A DNA stretch of 33,133 nt from positions 1 to 33,133 of the forward strand of contig CAYUTH010000001.1 in the NCBI GenBank assembly GCA_964447485.1, read 5' to 3'. A model generated the notes under the pieces. The model searched no databases. It worked only from the letters and a program-made list of their open reading frames with translations, and had not been told where the DNA came from. Positions 26,868 to 33,133 of this stretch are shown in pieces. The DNA comes from an uncultured Candidatus Cloacimonadota bacterium (GTDB lineage Bacteria > Cloacimonadota > Cloacimonadia > JGIOTU-2). The translations under genes and the position numbers were made by a program. Numbering within the stretch: position 1 is the first letter of the stretch; each line of letters opens with the position of its first letter.

Positions 26868-29217
26868 ATTCAATGTAATCGGTAAGGAACTGCCCCGTAC
26901 TGATGCGTACGAAAAGGTGACGGGCAGGGCTGAATATGCAGCAGATATTTCTTTTCCCGATATGTGCATAACCGCTCAGAAATATGCTCCTATTTCTCAT
27001 GGAATAATTAAAAAAATTGATATTTTACAAGCGGAAAAAATTACTGGAATACAAGCTATTATTACCTCTAAGGATGTACCCGGACAAAATTTGTCGGGAG
27101 TAATAAAATGTGATCAGCCGGTGTTTTCATTTGATAAAATTTACTGTCCCGCCGATGTCGTAGCTCTTGTAGTGGGTACTGATAAAGATTCGATCAAGAA
27201 GGCACTTTCACTCATTGAGATAGAAACTGAGGAGCTTCCAATATTAACGGAGTACACAAAAGCATTAGACAAAGATGCTCCTCTGATACATCCGGAAAAC
27301 AAATCGAATCTCATCAATCATTATCCGTTGAGGAAGGGTGATGTAGAAAAAGGTTTCAGAGAATCTGGTGTCATTCTTGAAAGAACATATACTACTCCAG
27401 CTGTGGAACATGCATATATAGAACCGGAATGTATAACCGCAATTCCCGATTTTCGCAGAGATGTGTACAAAATTTACGGATCGGTACAGAATCCATTTAC
27501 CTGCAGACGACTTGTCGCCACGGTTATGAATGTACCTCTGACCAATATTCATGTCATTCAAAATGAACTTGGAGGTTCGTTCGGCGGTAAAGATGACACA
27601 ATGGACATTCTTGCTGCTCGTGCCTGTATTGCATGTAAAAAAATGGGTAAACCAGTTCGAATACAGCTTACTCGTGAAGAATCGATAACCGAAAGTTATA
27701 AGCGGCATCCTTATACTATGCAGTACAAAGTAGGTGTTTCGAAAAAAGGAATCTTGAAGGCAATGAAAATTGATATTACTGCTGATGGAGGTGCGTATGC
27801 TTCTATGAGTCCTTTTGTGACTTGGCGTTCTGTAGTACAAGCAACTGGTCCTTATGTGGTGGAAAATGTGTGCACTGATGTAAGAGCTGTATATACGAAC
27901 AATCCTTACACAGGAGCATTCCGCGGATTCGGGTCCCCTCAAATAATTTTTGCCCAGGAATCACTCATGGATGAGATCGCTGAAAAACTGAATATGTCGC
28001 CCTTGGAGTTGCGGAGAATTAATGGATATAAACAAAACTCTCAAACTGCGAGCGGACAGGTCTTATCAAGTCATATTGTCAGCTTGAAAAAGGTAATGGA
28101 TAAAGCGATTAACGAAGCGAATTATAATAAAAAGTATGATGAATATAAGTCTGAGAATGCTTATAATATTTCAAATTCTGAGAATCTCATATTACGTGAT
28201 GAACAGTATTTATCGGGATCAAATGTAAAAAAGGGAATCGGGTTAGCATGCAGTTTCCGAGGGTGCTCTCTTGGTGCAGAAGGTGTCGATGCAACGGGTG
28301 CTCTGATAAGCATACAGAAGGATGGCAGCGTATATCTTATATCCGGATTAGCAGAAAACGGACAGGGCTTGCGCATGACATTTTCTATGGTGGCAGCAGA
28401 AGTTCTTGGCATTTCCCCTGACGATATTTACTATCTTGAACAGGACACCAGCAGGATCGCTGATGGGGGACCAACTGTCGCTTCACGTTCTACCCTCGTG
28501 GGTGGAGAAGCTGTAAAAGCAGCTGCGGATATTGTGAGAGATAGAATCGAGAAACTGCTTATTAATGAATGGGATCTTGGGATAGAGGCGACATTTGATT
28601 TTGCTGATCATTATATTTCTCATGAAGAAACCGGGCACAAGATCACTTTTTCAGAAGCATGTAATAAAGCATACATGAGTGGGGTGAACCTAAATGCCTA
28701 TGGGTGGTTCAAAGCACCTGGTGTTGACTGGAATGAAGAAATCGGTCAGGGACCGGCTTATTTTACCTATGTGTACGGTTGCCAGATTGCTGAAGTTGAA
28801 GTTGATGCCGGTTCCGGTAAAATATTTGTAAAAACTGTTACTGCCGTGCATGATGCGGGAAGAATAATAAACAAACTCGGAGCACTTGGTCAAATTTATG
28901 GCGGAGTTTCTCAGGGTGCTGGATATGGCATCATGGAAGAAGTGATCGTTAAAAATGCAGAAATTAAAAATATTAATTTTGACGAATATCTCATCCCGAC
29001 CAGCGTTGATATCGGGGAGATCAAGGCATTCTTTTTAGAAAATCCCGATACATTCGGTCCCTTTGGTGGGAAAAGTCTTGGAGAGCCAACACTCGAACTT
29101 ACTGCTGCTGCAATCAATAATGCAGTAGCAAATGCACTCGGAAAAAGATTCTTTCACCTTCCGCTTGATCTCGAGCAGATCAAGACGGGAAAAACACTCC
29201 ATCAAATAAAAAAATGA
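26854..29217 (+). CDS. Xanthine dehydrogenase-family molybdopterin-binding subunit
   Basis: Likely start ATG 26854 (MKNDKFNVIGK...RTDAYEKVTGRAEY), overlapping the ssnA end. Motifs HAYIEP, GGSFGGK, AFRGFGSPQ, ENGQG, GPTVASR, GQIYGG..QG.G, KSLGEP (catalytic Glu). Confidence 0.92.
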   Translation: MKNDKFNVIGKELPRTDAYEKVTGRAEYAADISFPDMCITAQKYAPISHGIIKKIDILQAEKITGIQAIITSKDVPGQNLSGVIKCDQPVFSFDKIYCPADVVALVVGTDKDSIKKALSLIEIETEELPILTEYTKALDKDAPLIHPENKSNLINHYPLRKGDVEKGFRESGVILERTYTTPAVEHAYIEPECITAIPDFRRDVYKIYGSVQNPFTCRRLVATVMNVPLTNIHVIQNELGGSFGGKDDTMDILAARACIACKKMGKPVRIQLTREESITESYKRHPYTMQYKVGVSKKGILKAMKIDITADGGAYASMSPFVTWRSVVQATGPYVVENVCTDVRAVYTNNPYTGAFRGFGSPQIIFAQESLMDEIAEKLNMSPLELRRINGYKQNSQTASGQVLSSHIVSLKKVMDKAINEANYNKKYDEYKSENAYNISNSENLILRDEQYLSGSNVKKGIGLACSFRGCSLGAEGVDATGALISIQKDGSVYLISGLAENGQGLRMTFSMVAAEVLGISPDDIYYLEQDTSRIADGGPTVASRSTLVGGEAVKAAADIVRDRIEKLLINEWDLGIEATFDFADHYISHEETGHKITFSEACNKAYMSGVNLNAYGWFKAPGVDWNEEIGQGPAYFTYVYGCQIAEVEVDAGSGKIFVKTVTAVHDAGRIINKLGALGQIYGGVSQGAGYGIMEEVIVKNAEIKNINFDEYLIPTSVDIGEIKAFFLENPDTFGPFGGKSLGEPTLELTAAAINNAVANALGKRFFHLPLDLEQIKTGKTLHQIKK

Positions 29218-30074
29218 CAAATAAACATTCTTTCCATAAATTTACCGAGTTGAAACAAGTTCTTCAATTTATCAATAACAAGGGTGCTAAAAGCACGATC
29301 ATTGCTGGTGGCACAGACGTGCTTATAGAACTGCGTAAAGATAATAACAAATTCCAAAATGTAGAACACATTATAGACATTCATGACATTCAAGAACTCA
29401 GAAATATTGCAGTAGAGAAGAAAATTTGTAGTATTGGAGCGTGCTGCACTTTTAAAGAGATCAGCGATAATGAGCTTGTTCGATCACATTTCCCTGTGCT
29501 GAAAATGGCTGTTGAAAAAATTGGTTCTCCACAAATAAGGAATGTGGCGACAATTGGCGGGAACATCTGTAATCTTGCGGCTTGTGCAGACAGCATTGAA
29601 CCGCTCCTTGTATATGATGCACAAGTCACACTGCGCTCAGAAAGAAGTATAAGAACTGTACCTTTAAACACAATCCTCATCAAGCCATACAAAACTGATG
29701 TCCAGCATGATGAAATCCTCACACAAATATTACTGCCATTGCCCGATAAAGATTGGAAATACTGCTTTTACAAACTCGGAAGAAGATCAGGTGTTTCTAT
29801 AAGCAGATTAAGTTATACGATTTTGCTAAAAACCAACGAGAATAGGATCGAAGATATTCGTTTTGCGTTCGGTGCGCTGTTTTCGGTTCCAAAAAGATTG
29901 GGTGATCTGGAAAAAGAACTTAAACAGCAGAAAATATCTCCAAAATTATGGAAGAAAGTCAGCAGAAGGGTCGCGCAGCAAATTCTTGATGAGACAGGCG
30001 TTCGCTGGTCAACTTCATATAAAATTCCTGTGCTTCAACAACTTTTCTTCTCCAGTTTAATGGATTTGACGTAA
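29214..30074 (+). CDS. Molybdenum hydroxylase FAD-binding (medium) subunit
   Basis: IAGGTD, IGSPQIRNVATIGGNI, ADS; 4-nt ATGA overlap with the large subunit. Confidence 0.9.
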   Translation: MTNKHSFHKFTELKQVLQFINNKGAKSTIIAGGTDVLIELRKDNNKFQNVEHIIDIHDIQELRNIAVEKKICSIGACCTFKEISDNELVRSHFPVLKMAVEKIGSPQIRNVATIGGNICNLAACADSIEPLLVYDAQVTLRSERSIRTVPLNTILIKPYKTDVQHDEILTQILLPLPDKDWKYCFYKLGRRSGVSISRLSYTILLKTNENRIEDIRFAFGALFSVPKRLGDLEKELKQQKISPKLWKKVSRRVAQQILDETGVRWSTSYKIPVLQQLFFSSLMDLT

Positions 30075-30093
30075 ACATATATATTTATACATT
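30066..30093 (+). promoter_or_regulatory. Putative sigma70-type promoter of the thioredoxin genes
   Basis: TTGACG-16 nt-TACATT; AGGAG RBS before 30122. Confidence 0.4.
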
Positions 30094-30121
30094 GTATTTA
30101 ATTAAATATTCAGGAGAATAA

Positions 30122-31003
30122 ATGAATAGTAAAAAAACAATCATACACAAGTTTGGATTTGTTTTTGTGATCATCGGATTGCTCGCTGCATTTGGCTGCT
30201 CAGCGAAAACGAGCTCATTAATCGAGATGACCGGTGATAATTTTGATGAGCTAATCATGAATGAGATTCTTGTCGCAGCATTTATCCCGGCCGATTGCGA
30301 TAGCTGTGATGAAGTGCTCGCATCTCTCGAAGAAATTCAGAATGAAATGCAGGATATTGTCGTAACTATGATGGATGTCCAAAAGAACCAACAATTTCTT
30401 AATGAAATAAAATTTCGTGTGAAAGACGGAACGCCCACAGTCGTTATTTTCAGTAATGGAGATGTTCAGGATTATTTCATGGGAGTAGAGGGCAAAGACA
30501 CGATAATTGAAATAATAAATAAGGTTAAAACTAACCTGCATATATGGGAAGATGTGGAAGCAGGAACCGTATCTTTTATGGACGCATTTGATTTTACTTT
30601 AAAGGATCTCAATGGTAATAATGTTACTTTAAGTGAAATCGGCGGACTTATCATACTTGATTTCTGGGCGACCTGGTGTCCTCCCTGTAAAGCAGAGATC
30701 CCTTATCTTGTAGAATTCTATAACAATTATAAAAATAGGGGACTGACCGTTATCGGAGTGAGCGCAGAAGACACTGAAACGTTAGTTAATTTTAAAAAAG
30801 AGCTTGCTGCCACTGGAACGGATATGAACTATGTCTTGCTTACTGATAGTGAAAGAGAAGTTTCAGCAATGTTCGGCATCAAGAGCATCCCGACAACGTT
30901 CTTCATCTCCCCTTCAGGCAAACTATTAAAAAAAGAGGTAGGATTCGCAGAGGAATACGTTCCTGAATTTCAAACACTCATAGAAGAGAATTTACCTAAA
31001 TAA
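30122..31003 (+). CDS. Lipoprotein with two thioredoxin-fold domains (Trx-like CDSC and TlpA/ResA-like WCPPC)
   Basis: Lipobox-like AAFGC; CDSC; FTLKDLNG...LDFWATWCPPCKAEIP...SIPTTFFI. Confidence 0.85.
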   Translation: MNSKKTIIHKFGFVFVIIGLLAAFGCSAKTSSLIEMTGDNFDELIMNEILVAAFIPADCDSCDEVLASLEEIQNEMQDIVVTMMDVQKNQQFLNEIKFRVKDGTPTVVIFSNGDVQDYFMGVEGKDTIIEIINKVKTNLHIWEDVEAGTVSFMDAFDFTLKDLNGNNVTLSEIGGLIILDFWATWCPPCKAEIPYLVEFYNNYKNRGLTVIGVSAEDTETLVNFKKELAATGTDMNYVLLTDSEREVSAMFGIKSIPTTFFISPSGKLLKKEVGFAEEYVPEFQTLIEENLPK

Positions 31004-31012
31004 GGATCAGTC

Positions 31013-31543
31013 ATGTTCAAAAAAATATATAAAACACTCATAATTACTCTCGCCGTCATTATCAGTTTCTCTACCCTGTATGCCCGAGAAGCAGAAGAAC
31101 CGGTCGAAATAATTGTATGGTATGATTTTGAGGAAGGTATCTCCGCAGCGCTCGCAGATGGCAAAGATATCATAATTGATTTCTATACGGATTGGTGTCA
31201 TTGGTGCCACGAGATGGATAAAACTACGTTTGCCGACACATCAGTTATTTCTTATATGAATGATAATTTCATTGCAATCCGTGTCAATGCTGAGTCCGTA
31301 ACCACTAATGTCACTTTTAAAGGGACAACGCTAAATCTAAAACAACTCACCACTGCATTTGGCATTAAGGGATTTCCTTCTTATGCCTTTATGACAGAGG
31401 ATGCAGAGATGATCACTGTAGTGCCGGGATATTTAAAAACGGAACTATTCTTGAATATCCTCAAATATATCGACCAGCATTGTTATGACAAGCAGATCAG
31501 TTTTGACCAGTTCATGGAAAAACAGGGTGACTGCAAGGATTAG
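31013..31543 (+). CDS. Exported thioredoxin-fold protein (DUF255/SoxW-like)
   Basis: Signal peptide; IDFYTDWCHWCHEMD..TF; GFPS cis-Pro loop. Confidence 0.85.
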   Translation: MFKKIYKTLIITLAVIISFSTLYAREAEEPVEIIVWYDFEEGISAALADGKDIIIDFYTDWCHWCHEMDKTTFADTSVISYMNDNFIAIRVNAESVTTNVTFKGTTLNLKQLTTAFGIKGFPSYAFMTEDAEMITVVPGYLKTELFLNILKYIDQHCYDKQISFDQFMEKQGDCKD

Positions 31544-31641
31544 TAGAAATATTTTAGGCGATAATGGGGATGGATCTTCTGCATATCCATTGTTGTCTGC
31601 ACATTTAAATATATCTGAGAAGTGAGAGTTCAGCGGACAAC

Positions 31642-32517
31642 GTGAGAGCAAATATATTACTTTTCATGGCTGCTGCGATCTGGGGATTCGGCTTTGTTGC
31701 ACAGCGTGCAGGGATGGAATATGTGGGTCCTTTCACCTTTAACGCAGTCCGTTTTGCACTTGGTGCGATTACCCTGATGCCCCTCCTTCTTCTGAAGAAA
31801 AGATCCTTTAGTTGGAAGGAAAATATACAATCGCAATCAAATAATAAAGTACTCATCTTCGGCAGTATCTCAGCGGGGTTTGCTCTTTTTGCTGCGACTT
31901 CGCTTCAGCAGAACGGCATCGTTTTCACGACAGCAGGGAAAGCCGGATTCATAACCGGATTATATGTGATCATTGTTCCTTTGCTCGGATTAGCTTGGAA
32001 AGAGAAAACCCATTTTGGAACCTGGATAGGTGCAGTATTAGCGGTTTTCGGACTTTACATGATCTCCATGAACCAAAACATGCAGGTCATACTTGGTGAT
32101 TTACTTGTTCTTGGGGGGGCTTTTTTCTGGGCTGTTCATGTTCACGTTATAGGTCGGTTCTCTACAAAAATTCATCCGTTGAAATTAGCTTTTATTCAAT
32201 TTGCTTTTGCATCGATTTTAAGCTTGATATGTGCATTGATATTCGAAACAATTATTATAACCTCTATCTTTGCAGCCTGGAAGTCGATTATTTTCGCAGG
32301 AGTATTTTCTGTGGGCATTGCGTTTACTTTGCAGGTCATTGCACAGCAGGAAGCCCATTCTTCACACGCAGCATTGATCCTCAGTCTGGAATCTGTTTTT
32401 GCAGTTATGGGAGGGTGGCTCATTCTGCATGAGGGTTTATCTATTCGCGGGATTATCGGGTGCGCATTAATGTTGACAGGAATGTTGCTTTCGCGGAGTA
32501 AGAAAACTACTGAATAA
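31642..32517 (+). CDS. DMT/EamA family transporter
   Basis: About 10 TM segments; IWGFGFVAQ, GPFTFNAVRF, TTAGKAGFITGLY, ILSLESVFA. GTG start. Confidence 0.9.
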   Translation: MRANILLFMAAAIWGFGFVAQRAGMEYVGPFTFNAVRFALGAITLMPLLLLKKRSFSWKENIQSQSNNKVLIFGSISAGFALFAATSLQQNGIVFTTAGKAGFITGLYVIIVPLLGLAWKEKTHFGTWIGAVLAVFGLYMISMNQNMQVILGDLLVLGGAFFWAVHVHVIGRFSTKIHPLKLAFIQFAFASILSLICALIFETIIITSIFAAWKSIIFAGVFSVGIAFTLQVIAQQEAHSSHAALILSLESVFAVMGGWLILHEGLSIRGIIGCALMLTGMLLSRSKKTTE

Positions 32518-32543
32518 AAACAAAGGTATCTGAAAGGTGTTAC

Positions 32544-33133
32544 ATGTGTTTGCTCACCAATAAAGAACGAAATGAACTCTTTCCAATTTTTAAAACCTGC
32601 ACTTATCTGAACACTGCTTCCACTGGAGTAATACCGGAAACAGCCATTGCTGAGCAGGACCGTTATATGAATTTCTATCGGGGAGATACACTGCAATCTC
32701 AGCCCGAATCATTTGAAATGATCATCAAGATCAAAGAAAAAGCATGTATGCTACTCGGCGCACCTCCCGAAGATATTGCTCTTGTCAATAACACATCTTT
32801 TGGCATTAATATGGCAGGATGGGGAATGGATTTGAAGCATGGCGATAAAATCATGCTTCCACCCGGTGAATTTCCTGCAAATGTCTACCCATGGAAAGGT
32901 CAGGAGCAGCGTGGCGCAGAAGTAGTAATCACAAACAAAGATGGAGAAGAATTTCTTGATGTTGATCGCGCAAAAGTGATCGCGCCTTCATGGATACGCT
33001 TTTATGATGGCTACAGGATGGATCTGATGGAATGCTCGAGAATAGCCCAAAAACATCATGCGCTCCTGAGTGTTGATGGTATTCAAGGAGCAGGAGTGAT
33101 GTATCCTGATCTTGAAAATTCAGGAGTGGATAC
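32544..33133 (+). CDS. Class V PLP aminotransferase (cysteine desulfurase/selenocysteine lyase-like), truncated by the window end
   Basis: Not in the ORF track. Translates MCLLTNKERNELFPIFKTCTYLNTASTG...VNNTSFGIN...EFPANVYPW...VDGIQGAG; AAAGGTG RBS. Confidence 0.85.
   Translation, partial: MCLLTNKERNELFPIFKTCTYLNTASTGVIPETAIAEQDRYMNFYRGDTLQSQPESFEMIIKIKEKACMLLGAPPEDIALVNNTSFGINMAGWGMDLKHGDKIMLPPGEFPANVYPWKGQEQRGAEVVITNKDGEEFLDVDRAKVIAPSWIRFYDGYRMDLMECSRIAQKHHALLSVDGIQGAGVMYPDLENSGVD

Noticed and set aside
27265-27942. 225-aa antisense ORF, and the other short antisense or nested ORFs such as 20684-21154 and 32196-32696
   Set aside because: Shadow frames of well-supported genes, with no motifs.
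25500-31543. Selenocysteine (in-frame TGA) recoding in ssnA, the Mo hydroxylase or the thioredoxins
   Set aside because: All these ORFs appear full length and the CxxC motifs use Cys codons.

Overview
AT-rich bacterial chromosomal window. The secreted proteins with 'NxPNPF...FNIKGQ' FlgD-Ig/T9SS-like C-terminal tails suggest an FCB-group anaerobe, possibly Cloacimonadota (inference). In order it holds: a HEAT-repeat-like gene and an MTA/SAH-deaminase-type amidohydrolase; a gingipain-like C25 peptidase fused to FG-GAP repeats; tRNA-Lys(CTT); a low-GC two-gene insert (1029-aa gamma-class amino-methyltransferase plus a separate 201-aa PD-(D/E)xK-like protein; candidate defence system); a metallophosphoesterase; a GNAT; a chimeric secreted beta-helix/PKD/divergent C10 peptidase/OB-fold protein; TraB/GumN; a SAM methyltransferase; three minus-strand genes (a P-loop kinase with GTC in place of its start codon, a membrane protein, a WcaJ-like transferase); a purine-catabolism-like cluster (fold-II PLP enzyme, allantoinase-like enzyme, SsnA, Mo-hydroxylase large and FAD subunits) interrupted by tonB-exbB-exbD; two thioredoxin-fold genes; an EamA transporter; and a truncated class V aminotransferase. 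The most notable non-coding signals are intergenic mosaics of 7-10-nt micro-tandem repeats and small palindromes, and an apparent 36-nt palindromic insertion that rebuilds the last codons of a secreted protein. All calls come from reading motifs by eye; no database searches were run.
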